This document shows positions 41,401 to 53,070 of a stretch of DNA of 64,000 nt, piece by piece; within the stretch, counting starts at the first letter, position 1, and each line of letters begins with the position of its first letter. The notes below the pieces were generated by a model. That model saw only the letters and a list, made by a program, of their open reading frames with translations, had not been told where the DNA came from and ran no database searches. A program made the position numbers and the translations under genes. The stretch comes from Owenia fusiformis. Taxonomy: Eukaryota. The stretch covers positions 24,800,001-24,864,000 of the forward strand of contig CAIIXF020000001.1 in the NCBI GenBank assembly GCA_903813345.2, read 5' to 3'.

Positions 41401-41917
41401 ATGTATATAAAAAAATGAACTCAAAAATTATTATTAAGGAAATAAGAACCCTCGGTTGTAGAAAATTAATCCATTCACTCTAACAAACGGATTAATTATC
41501 AATGTAAACAAGTCATCAATCATTAATAAGCCAGATAAGTTACAGAAATAAGATGTGATGACGTCATTTCGTATAGTTAGCGTATCTCTTGTTTTTGGAC
41601 CTCTGATTTAATAGTATATCCTGATATATGCTAGAAGAAGCTGTTGTTCATAGAATCGGCTAGTATATCCTTTCTGTCGATATGATAGAGTGGTAGACAA
41701 ACTATATGTTAGCCTTGATATATAACACAGCTTATATTAGTTCATATTTAGTAGAGTGGCAAATAGTACTAACTATACTAGTTGTCCGCCAAATATCTGG
41801 ATATAGCATGTGTCTATACAACACGGGAGATACGGGAGATATTTCACACTATGACAGTTGATATTAGAGCATAGTTAACAGGATATTCTATTACTATATA
41901 GCCTTTTTTGCACAGTG
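38438..41917. mobile_element. Non-autonomous CMC-superfamily (CACTA/Chapaev3-like) DNA transposon, 3.5 kb
   Basis: CAA|CACTGTGCAAAA ... TTTTGCACAGTG|CAA: 12-bp TIR and 3-bp TSD. A subterminal perfect 25-bp inverted pair (38831-38855 / 41556-41580) sits within longer imperfect inverted arms. CAGGAGAT motifs recur near the left end. Confidence 0.8.
39400..41500. repeat. Internal ~0.85-kb tandem duplication carrying an ~83-bp minisatellite
   Basis: CTGACATGTCTCAAGATG at 39717 and 40561; TACTGAGACCAATCTGATG at 40121 and 40981. CCCAATTACT...TGACATT...GCATCATT units spaced about 75-84 bp at 39750-40105 and 40593-40965. Confidence 0.85.
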
Positions 41918-42746
41918 CAATTGATTATTTTTATTTCACTGTTCGTAATTGGAAATGAGGTGAAATTAATATTGTAATAACGTTCAATTTTATATTTCGA
42001 AATAAAGCAATTAAAATTATATTATATGTTTTCTCAATTGTATCAAAGTATAGCGTTGGGAGGGAACATTATGAAATAACGACTATAGACATAAATACAA
42101 GCATCATCTGCAGTGGAATACCATTCAAAATCATTTTTCTCACTTCAGTGCCAGCCAGTGTTTTTTTATCCTTGGAGAACTGTTGATTTTTGAAATAAGT
42201 AACCTGAAAAATTGCCGTGTTTTGGTCAATTTCACACAATGCACACAAATTTTAGTTAAAAGGCAATATATATGATAACTAGCGTGCATGTTGATATGAT
42301 GTTGGTGTAAACATCGCAATAGTTTAATTATGGCTATAATACAATACGATCAGATTAAATTGTTATTTTATTGTCAGTTGTTCCGAATAAGTAATCGCCC
42401 GGTCAGTTTGTAAGGCTCAATAAAGGAACTACAATTTGCAAATGCTAAACTGATTAGAAAACATTTATATCACAATGAGCAACTGAAAAGATTTCATAAC
42501 TATTGGAAAGGTAGAAATTGTTATTGACCCAACTGTATTATGTAATATGACATATTTAGTCCCACCCAAAAGGCATTGATATTGTAGAAGTGAGCTTTAC
42601 ACCGGGGACATGCTTTTCCATAATAGACAAAGAACGACATAGTTTGTGTCTGTGGTACGGAGACTTTTAAATACCTATATGGATAACGCTTCAGAACGGA
42701 TTATTACAAGAAATACTACTTTGAAATATGAAGAAGAAACGACACA

Positions 42747-42801
42747 ATGCTGACAGCAACAACAACATTATTTTCACTGTTTGTGGTGATATTATCATTA
42801 A
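42747..42801 (+). CDS. Putative signal-peptide first exon, copy A (MLTATTTLFSLFVVILSL)
   Basis: cacaATG start, 18 codons + 1 nt, donor gtatga. Paralogous to 48137-48191. Confidence 0.5.
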
Positions 42802-44613
42802 GTATGATTATTTTTTATTATCTTCATATAAATATTTATCTTTTAGCGTGACCCATGACCAGATAATTAGAATGAAATATAAAGAATTTTCAGGATACTC
42901 TACATGCACACAAATAACATACTGGGCGATTCCTTTCGTTAAAAGATGGGTTCGCCCTATGCAAAAAGAAAGCGGAAGCTCGCCTTTCGGACCATGTGTT
43001 AAAGTATATTCATGTTTGGTGATTTTAACAATTTCATATAAGTCATTAATGTCTGACCTATTGCAACTGAGAAATAAACTAAGATTCAAACATAAAAATA
43101 CACGCAGTCCAATGGTGCCCAAATTAGGCTAAAATCACTTGAGAAGTGCTCAAAATGGTAAAAAAATGCATGATTTTGAAAGAATTTTTGGCCAGGGGGG
43201 GGGGGTTCGCCCGAACCCTGCGAACCCCATTGTAGCCATCCTTGGCCCAAGAGTAATTCATTGCATTACATTGATCATTGATACATGATCTGCTATGAAA
43301 GCAGTGAAGGACCGATCTTGAAGGATGACTTGTAGCACTTTCCAGAAAATTCTATGATGTTCAATCCTGTTACCAAGACCTTAGGGATCATTTGAAGGAA
43401 TACAGTACAACTATCAGTTTTATCGTCAGACTGAGTACAATTTGCGTACTCTGATTAAGATCTATATTGAAGCCTCGATTCACGCAAAGCATCCAGCTCA
43501 TTACGTCATATTTGGTACAATTAATCCTTGTTCAATGTTCTTTCATTCCAGTAAGTTTTTAGAAAGTCATAATCGTGGGCACAATTAAATTCATTATAAA
43601 ATGTCATATATTACCTTGAAACTGGGAAACATTAACGCCCATGATGTTTTGCTTACTTCTTTAATTCTACAAATAGATTATTTTAATCAATGCCATATCG
43701 AAAGTACTTGGCTACCCTTACTGAACGTTTTAAATTTGGAGATGTACAATGAGACGCAGTTACAGTATTTGATTTCATTTGACTCTCAGTATTTAATTTG
43801 GATATATAATGAACTTTGCAAAATTATACAAAAACGTGTTTTAAATCCTTCATTTTATTCATCTGAAGTACGTATAAAATAAGTAGCGTTGCGAAATAAG
43901 ACCGTGTAATGAATGGGAAATATTCCCAATACATGTTTGCCTAGGGTTGTTGATACTTTTGTTGATCGGATCGAGCAATGGAATTCGACAGGGCAAAAGC
44001 TTCCAAAATAAAATAAATTATTGATACATACACCTGTTCATTTCTGTAAGATTATCTAAACTGTAAATTCAACATAACCAAGAGTCCCGTTAGTCAATGG
44101 AGACTTTAAGCAATGTATTTAAATCGAACGGCAACCTGTGCGTATGAATCGCCCTTTACAAATGCATGTAGTTTTCTCACATAAACAGTCGTTTGGTTAC
44201 AGTGTTTTCTTAGTCCGTTAGTTAGACTACATATCATCATGTAATATGCCATTTTGTAAGATATTAAAAGCTAAAACATGTATGACATACAGTACATAAT
44301 TTTCCTCAGAAAGCATTGTTCTTTGGATCGAAATCAATTCAGTTTCAGTTTGAATCCAACGTGAAACTGAAGCAGATCTGGTATCTGAAGTAAATTAATT
44401 AGCGCTTGTTATTTTTGCGCGCTATACGCATTTCTTAGGTATTGATTCATGGACTTTGCGTTTAAGGATAAACGTTGTGGAAAACATTGCAGGCTTAAAG
44501 TCTCCAATATTTATATTTTGTCATTTCTTTCTATTTATAAAGGCGAACTGAGTAGATTGCAGTGTACCAACACAAATAATAGGGGCAATAAAAGGTTCTA
44601 AAAAGCAAGCCGA

Positions 44614-44849
44614 GTGTCCTGTTTAAGAACCCCTATTTTAACTTTTGAAAATGGATTTTAGCAATAACTATCCACCATGAATCTACTAGTTGAGATCCGA
44701 TCAACTTGAATTCTTCTGAGCAAATGGAGATTCCAGCAAAGGTGCCATTGACTTAACATTGGGATGGAATTGACTTCACCTTGCATATCTACTTTTATTG
44801 CTAGAATCCATTTTCACTATCTAAAATATGGGGTTCTTATACAGGACAT
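44614..44849. mobile_element. Foldback/MITE remnant
   Basis: About 54-bp imperfect inverted arms: GTGTCCTGTTTAAGAACCCC...GGATTTTAGCAATAA versus TTATTGCTAGAATCC...GGGGTTCTTATACAGGACAT. No TSD found. Confidence 0.6.
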
Positions 44850-46183
44850 TAAAGCTTAACTAAGGCCTTTTAAAACTTTTGGTTAGTACTATAACATCAA
44901 AAACAAGTTAATCACTGGGGTAGAAAACATACGGAAAGGATTACCGTCAATCCTTAAGAGATTAAAAAATATTGGACAAAATGAAATTATTATCGAGAGT
45001 TATCGAGAACGGTCCATCGAGAACATGGTTATAACAAACAGTCATGATATTGAATGGCAAGTTGAACCACCCGGAAAATCTTGAATAAATCTGGCACCGC
45101 TTACTCTTACAAGTTAATCCATTGAACGATATTCATGCAATCATTTGAAATGGGTTAGTCATAATCCTGCGGGCCGGGTGCAGTTTTATTACTGCTATCG
45201 CACGTTCGTTTACTGTGGGTGTACCTTTAAGACTACCCTTTAAGACTTTCATCTATGATGTTTTAGGCTCTGACACTAATGATTTGATTTAAAAAAAATA
45301 AACGCAACATTACATTATCTCGAGTTAATTTACTTCAGAGAATTATAAAGATTTATTTTCGACGTTTCACCGGTTATCCTACCAGCTTTATCAAGAATAC
45401 TTTTAAAAATGGATGTACACAGTTTGAGTTTGTCCTCATTGTCCTCTTTTCCCTGGTCTACGACGGACATGAACACAATTATCAACTTTAGATTGTCGAT
45501 AACACATCTTGTTTTATCAAACATCACATGACACCAGCGATAAGTCAAACGTTTTGGTACCTTCCTGTCTGATCAAGTTGCCATTCTTTGTTAGATTAGT
45601 AAGCTTTAGTCTTTTTAAAGGTCCAATTGTCGATCCATTTTAAGAAATTGACGACTGACTTCTGAAATACGGGTTATGCATGAGGTGAGGCAGCCATTCC
45701 TTTGATAGACATTCCAATTCAAAGCGAATCGACATATATGCAGCAGTCTTTTCCAGTTGCATTTATCTTTACTGGGCTATCTTCGTTTCCACTTGGAATT
45801 ACATTCCCGTGCCTTTGGTACCACTGAAGAATTTTCGATTCTCGTTCAAATTACCAATATCATCTGCATTTAGGGTCACTTGAGGAAATGCAAACCTAAT
45901 CAACCATAATTGTTTTAATTCTTTATACCAACCAATTTTATGTGCTAAGCGGAAGGGGAATCAAAAGATGTTAAACATTTTCAACAAAATGCTATTTTGA
46001 AGAGATACTATAAAAAGATTTAGCATCTCCAAAATATTCCATATTTATGAACAATGGTGTATCAAGAAATTGTATTTCGTAAGTAAATATGTCCGTGTAG
46101 TCATTTTTCATGTATCATATCAGAGTCTAGCTGCGGACGATGATTCCTAGCGGACTACTCCCCCTGTTACACAGGTTCTGTTA

Positions 46184-46991
46184 CCCCCCTATCACACCAA
46201 ACTAGTTCTTACCCGTTCTTGCCAGTCCTACGAAAACGTCGTAAAACGGGCTCAATCTAGCTGTGGTCGGGATATATGTCTGAAATAATTAGCTTCTTCG
46301 TTCTTAAACAGTCTTCAATACGTCCATCTCGTTCGCAGTTCGTTCAGGTCGCACCACGTCGATGTGCAACGTAGTAGAACGCGTCCCTTAGTCTAGAAGG
46401 TCAACATGACCTGATTACAGAACGGTATGGTCGCCATCGAATTTTGAATCGATTCAAAATTCTAAAATCACATTCCCGTCTGAGAACGTTCATAAAGTTC
46501 GTAAATAGACCTTAGAAAGTTGCAGCTACGTTCATTCCGTTCGCACACAGTTTAAAACCAGTTTTGAAGAACGCAGTGGCAACTTGTTTGGTGTGATAGC
46601 TATATTTTTGCTAACTCGTTCATAAGCAATGTTAAATCCGTTCTTAATCAGTTTAAACCCGTTTGCAATTAGTTCTACCTCGTTCTCAACAAGTCCTCAG
46701 ACAGTTCAACTCGTTGTTAAAACGTCCCTAGTAGGATTGAAGTACGACGGTTCCGTTCGTAGTACGTCCAGCTCGTCGTTAGTACGTTGTCACTCGTTCA
46801 AATTGTAGAACGTGGCGACCACGAGAACATTTTGAGCATTGTCTAAGTTCTAGAGGACCTACCCGTTCGAGTACGTTCGATGAAGCTTGTAAATAGATCC
46901 CAAACGGTTCTTAGTAGGTCCTGTCCGTTCGTACACAGTTGAAGCCCGTTTTTGAGAACGTAGTGAGAACTAGTTTGGTGTGATAGTAGGG
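46184..46991. mobile_element. MITE with TTA flanks (PIF/Harbinger-like), ~0.8 kb
   Basis: TTA|CCCCCCTATCACACCAAACTAGTTCT ... AGAACTAGTTTGGTGTGATAGTAGGG|TTA. Carries an internal copy of the right end at about 46537-46599. Confidence 0.7.
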
Positions 46992-47042
46992 TTACTTGAA
47001 CCCATCATTGTAAATGTGTTATGGTATACGTTTATTGGGTAA

Positions 47043-47403
47043 AGGAGTGGTATCGAATTGGAGAAATTTTTGAACACACGTTTCTCTTAAACCAGTCATA
47101 AAAAAAATTGAACACATCGTCAATTTAATGGTCATCTTTGGAATGGTAACACTATAATTTGAAAAATATATATAAACTTTCATCTATATTGTTTTAGAAA
47201 ACACATCAAAAACTTCTTTTGTTCTTGGTATCATGTTTCCAGAGTGAAATGAAACATCTTTCCGAACCTCATTGGAATAAAACGACATAAACACAACATG
47301 TCAACATTACATAAAATACCGTGATTTTTTACAGAATGTTTTCAATGATTGGTTTAAGAGAAAAACATTGTTGAATTCAGTTCTCCATATCGATACCACT
47401 CCT
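47043..47403. mobile_element. Kolobok-type MITE
   Basis: AGGAGTGGTATCGA ... TCGATACCACTCCT with about 60-bp imperfect arms. The flanks GTAA and TTAT are each one mismatch from TTAA. Confidence 0.65.
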
Positions 47404-48136
47404 TTATCTCAAATTTAAATCTCTCTCAAATCAGGAAAATCTAAAAAATGGTATCCCAATCCTAATAGCGTTTCATAACCGACAAGTTTCACCTACACGT
47501 TTCAAATGTACAGTATGATAATTATTTTAAAAGTTGTGTTAACACATAACGAACATCCGGACCTCCTTTATTTGAAAATACTTATGATAAACGTAACTTC
47601 TTTCCTTGTATTCAATTCCTTATGTAAAATGATTCATTGTAAACAGATTATCAACTATTCATATCATTTATTGAATAGCTTGTTACTAATAGGTAAATAC
47701 TTTTCTCAAAATGTAAATAGTGTATTAGCGTAACAAAAACAAATAAATGGTCATATCATGTGGTATTATTCGAAATAAATAATCCATTTGTCAACTTGCG
47801 ACTGCTACTGAATGAACTCCAAATAGTATTTATTCAGCAGATTAGACTTTATTTATAACACAATAGCATCTGAAACTATCCCTTACCTCTTGGAAATGTA
47901 GGTATTCCTATTGGATAAACTATTTATATAAATATCGACACCGCCCAAATACACCTGAATGAAACCATTATTCCGTATAAGTAAACCTAACGCTTGAAAC
48001 ATGCTAGTTGTTTGGAACAAGAATAACAAATGATAAAAAGGAGATTGTAAATGGACATAACACTAAAATGAAATTTATACTTCAAAACGATGTAGAATGG
48101 ATAACTGTATATGAAGAAATATGAAGAGAATACACC

Positions 48137-48191
48137 ATGCCGATAGTGACAATAAAAATAGTTTCACTGTTTTTCGTGATATTATCATTAC
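48137..48191 (+). CDS. Putative signal-peptide first exon, copy B (MPIVTIKIVSLFFVILSL)
   Basis: caccATG start context, hydrophobic core, 55 nt, strong phase-1 donor C|gtaaga. Confidence 0.6.
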
Positions 48192-49190
48192 GTAAGAATA
48201 TTTATCTCATTACCAAATTGTCTCAAAATAAGTCATGATCAATTATCAAATAAATGCTACATTAAAATTATAAGTAGAGATAAAAGAGCAAATAAACGAC
48301 AATTTCTAAGCCTAATTATAAATGTTCTTACTCGGCTTTTAAACTACCAACATATTTGAGAAAACATTACTTGGTCAAAGGAAAGTTTTAAAAAGGTTCC
48401 GATAAAGTGGAATAGATGGCACAATTTAAATTCTCCCAAATAATAAGAATGGTAACCATTAAAAAATATTATTGTAAAAATCTTTAGTTTTCCTGAAATT
48501 ATGTGTACAAAAAGGAATGACATAAACCAGAAATATTCTAAAATTGAAACAATTTTTGTTAGGCTGTTCGCTAGATCTGATTATCTCTTTAAGTGTCAAA
48601 CTAAATCATAATTAAGAAATTGAAAATTTTGTGAAAACTGTGAAAACTTCGGATATTTATAACACATCATAATTTCAAAATATGTCTAAATAACTTAATT
48701 GTTAACATGTTTTGTATCTCGTACAACGGTCTTTCTTTAGTACGGATAAAATGTCCCATTGGCTTGCAAAGGTCTTGGAGAATTGGGGGAGAATTTAACA
48801 TTGTTTGTTTCCCTTATTATTGGGCTTGCTCTGTTTTCTTATAGATTTTTAGTCCTCTCTCTTTTTTGGGATTTCATTTTTAAACTATTGCATCCAAAAA
48901 TGCGGTTATCAAATGAAAAATATGAAATGAAAAATTGATCCACCAATTCTAGCTATCATTCAAGTTTTTTTGTGCCTGCGGTGTCTGATCTCAAAGGTAT
49001 CCACTTGGTGGTGAAACTGGTAAGAGCCAAGGTAACCAAAAATGTTCATGGAAAAAAAATTGGATATCTTATAAATAAAGAATTATGATTGATCTGCTTA
49101 CTGTCTTATTGTAAGTAAAGAGTCGTGTATACAAGATGTAGCTGCAGAATATGATAAATGCACATCAACAGGTTAATTGAAATATTGTAG

Positions 49191-49322
49191 GAAATGCCGA
49201 AACCACTACCTCGACACTTGCAGCCAACAATGGTGCTCCTACAACACAAACGACTCTATCAGTTGATGGAACAAGCAGTACCAGTTACATTGAGACAACG
49301 GTCAGCTATATCACCAATACAG
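49191..49322 (+). CDS. Putative exon 2 of a second mucin-like gene (Thr/Ser-rich)
   Basis: ttgtag|GA ... ACAG|gtatt, 132 nt, phase 1-1. Reads (R)NAETTTSTLAANNGAPTTQTTLSVDGTSSTSYIETTVSYITNT. The polypyrimidine tract is weak. Confidence 0.55.
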
Positions 49323-50094
49323 GTATTAATAAAGCCACTTAACCTCATTCTTTCCTCCTACATAGGCTTCTCTGCTTCGAAAAGATCTGAGGAAAAGTAA
49401 AATGCTCCTAAAACAAAGATGATGCAAGGAGCATATAATATGTTAAACTATCCATGGGATATGCAAATCGAGTGTACAATTGTAAACCTTATTTTAAAAA
49501 TTGTTTAAAATAATCATAATTACGATTGCAAACCTTCAATATCATTCCTCAATAAATATGTACCAAGTTCTATAAACGCTCCAAATGAATGTCCAATATA
49601 GAAATTAATTTAAGGTTGAAACTTCCAAGATATTTATAATTAATATTTTTAAATGTATGACCGAAGATTTGGTCTTGTTGTTTTAAAAGACAGCTTTTAG
49701 GAGAACTGAATTCGTATTCTAAAATAAGATCTGTCGAATCGAAGTACCCAAAGTTGGACCATACTATTTTGAAAATGAAAGCACTCCTCCACTTTGTTTC
49801 AATGTTAAAATGGGGCGTTGTCGCTTCAAACGAGTCCCTGCATTAAATCATTAACACGAGTCGATTAAAACCCTGCGTCTAATCGAATAAATTGAAAATT
49901 AAACAATTGCGGTGATATGAACAAATGTGCGATAAATCGACTAAAACCTCGAATTAATACTGTGGTCACTCAGGAAAGACGGATCGGATGTAGCAGTTTC
50001 TTGGGTGTCTCAAAAAATGGACCCAAAAGTATATCAACAACAAAAAACTATCAATATTTTGAGGCAAAGCATGTAGGTTTCTCCAGGGTTTTTA

Positions 50095-50320
50095 GTTCAA
50101 TTTAACCTCCTCATATCTCGCTGACAGCCTGCACCCTTACTGCCACATTGTCCATCACATTTGATAATGTTTCTGGTGGAATGTTTTAAATATCTCTTAA
50201 GATGTTGGCTTTAAGTTATTCTAGGTCTCATGGCTTGGGATTACCATAAACATGGTTCTTCAAGTTACCCCAAAGAAAAGGTCTGGGGTGTCAAAGGACC
50301 ATATGCACTCTCCATTGGGA
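50095..50320 (-). pseudogene. Degenerate Tc1/mariner-family transposase C-terminus
   Basis: With frameshifts and stops, the minus strand reads LTP..FLWGNLKNHV.YGNPKP*DLE*LKANILRDI*NIPPETLSNVMDNVAVRVQAVSEI*GG*IE. This matches the SPDLTP.DFFLWG.LK..VY ... GG.IE pattern. More eroded N-terminal remnants may lie at about 50880-51110. Confidence 0.7.
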
Positions 50321-53070
50321 TCTCCCCATGAGAAAAAAATAATTCATCTGATTTTTCAAAATGAGTATTCTGCTTTGATTACTACATTTATATTCACACT
50401 AGTATCTTGTTGACCTATATTCAGCACTGTATTGATGTATAGGCCACTTATTAGGGTCATAATTCAATCCTGAAGTGTAGAGGCATCATAGATTCCAAAC
50501 CAGGAAGTATTTTGTGTCTGTCAAAATCCATTTGCATCCTACGCATCCCTTCATCTTATCCAAACATGTTACTACATAATGAAATATAATGGTATATTTT
50601 GGGGTTTTACAAAGTTGTATGATATTTGATAAGTGTAAAAGTTGTTTTTGGAGCATTTTTCTACAGCCATTTTGTAGGGAAAAAATGATGAAAAAATCTT
50701 TTAATTTTAAGTATGACCTGAATCGATTGCAAACTTCATATTTGCACATTTGATGAGATAAACCATTTGTGTCAAAACCATAAACCATTTGTGAAATTGT
50801 TAAGTTTGCAATCGATTCAGGTCATAGTGTATTTTTGGTATTTTTGTGATAATCAATGAAAATCAATGGCCTCTATTGGGATCTGCTGATATCCTCATGT
50901 TAAGTCGATGATGCACAGCCTCATGTAAGTCAACTGAACTAAATGGCCCCTATCTCAGCCAATGTGTGCCAAAGCACTTTAATACCTTTCAAAGAATTGT
51001 ATGACATTCTATTCTTCATGCTGCACCTAGGAATGATTCATTTTGACCATAGGGGTATTTGCCAAAAAACGCACATCTTCCTTTGTTGAATAGGGAGGAC
51101 CTCAAAAGACGTTGAAGAAACTGTTCTCATGAAAATCCTTTTAAGTTTTGTAATTCTTCTTTCATAAGGAAACCCTATGTCAAATAATACATACAATGTC
51201 ATTATTATTGTTCTCAATTATTCAAGTTCACATCAAGTGATATTGTCTGAGAAATATGTGTAAAAATACTAAAATAGCCAATCAATTATAACACAATTGA
51301 ATCCATTCGTACCGTCCACAAATCCAGACGATACTTAATAATTAAATTGCTTATTGAAAACGTAAACATGTACATGTATAAAAATCGTTAGGTTTGTATC
51401 TTGTTTCACATTGATTTGGAAAATAAAATAGTACCCCGGACAGGTTGTATGATGCAGTCGTTTTTTTACTCTATATTTGCAATAGAACAACCATTCTTAT
51501 TGAAATTTTCATATTTTATTCTGAAGACAATTTCAAACATGGAAAAAAATATTTTAACGAAATTGCTAATATTATGATTTTGAAAGGCTTTTTTCAAAAA
51601 CACCCCACTGTCAATAAAATACAGGGTTTGCTTGAACAATAAAACTTTTAACGTCATTTCAAAGATTGTTTAGCTATTGAATTTTTGGCAGCCTAAAGTC
51701 TTTCCAGATGTAATTGATCCCATTTAATTATGGCTGATTATTGTTATTCATTTTTGTCATATTCAATAGGCCTAATATTATTACAGTGCATTAGGCCAAT
51801 GAAAAACTTGTCACTCTGTGTCACATTTCTCTGAAAAGGCACCTTTTTCTCCACGGGGTTACTCCGCCACTGTCACTCAGCATGCAAGCCCGTGGCGCAT
51901 ACATTGTACCATGCTTTTAAAATGTCAGGTCTCCCTGACAATTTCATGATAAAATTTGACACAGCTATATCAACATCTCTGAAGGATCCAATGCCAAGAT
52001 AGAATACTTCGAATTGGAGATTCGTAATGTTTTACTTCATCTTTGATAGTATTGAACAGTTCGATCGGGTTGAACTCATGTCCGTGGACAAGAAGATTGA
52101 CCTCCTCTATCTGGGCTCAATCTAGGGAATGCTTCACAAAACGAGACCCAGAGCAACAAGTTTTTATTGGCCTAATGAACTGTAATAATATTGAATATGA
52201 CTCAAGTGAATAACAATAATCAGTCATAAGTATACATATGGCAACAGATATATCTGGAAAGACTTTAGGCGGCAGGAAATTCAATAGCCAGACAATATTT
52301 GAAATGACGTTAAAAGTTCAATTGTTCAAGCAAAACCCTGTATTTTATTGACAGTGTAGTATTTTTGAAAAAAGCCCGTCAAAATCATTAAATTGGAAAT
52401 TTTGATAAAATTTTTATTTTCCATGTTGGAAATTGTCTCTAGAATAAATCTTGAAAATTTCAATAAGAATGGTTATTCCATTCACTGGGGGTATCGTGAT
52501 GCAACAACACCGTGTTGTTGCATCAAGATGGCCAGACTTCCGGTGATAGATTTTCGTACGATGTTTTGTTTTCCCAATTTACACCCATTTCTAGGACGAG
52601 TTGCTCAATAATCATACACATGCAGTTAGCACATGATCTATATTTAAAAAAACTGTCATTGGTATACACGTAGCATCATCAAGAAGCGATAAATTCGTGG
52701 TTTTAATTCCTCACTATTGATGCAACAACACCACTCTGTTTCTTATCGATGATGCAACAACACCAATGTGCTGATGCAAAAACGCCAATATAATGTATCA
52801 TTGAACAACAAGAGAAACTGTTTTATGTTCTGTTTACAGGTGTAGGTCGGGACATGAATACCAGTAAAACGCGTGAGTCAGTGGTCCATGAACGAAACAT
52901 ATTTTGTTTGGTTTCTTTGTCTATATCAAAGTTAAAAGGATATACAAGGCAAACTAAATAAAGTACAGAATCCCCGGGAGGCAATCTCATTGATATTGTA
53001 TCTGAAAAATAAAGATTATACATTTTCTAAATTAAATGCCCTTGATTTACTGTATGGAAATTGCTTACAA

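Noticed and set aside
42728-43132. 134-aa ORF and the overlapping 104-aa minus ORF
   Set aside because: No recognisable domain. The conserved signal is in a different frame (signal exon at 42747).
43190-43245. G-run with GGGTTCGCCCGAACCC hairpin as a terminator or ncRNA
   Set aside because: It looks like a decayed MITE subterminus; no boundaries or TSD could be defined.
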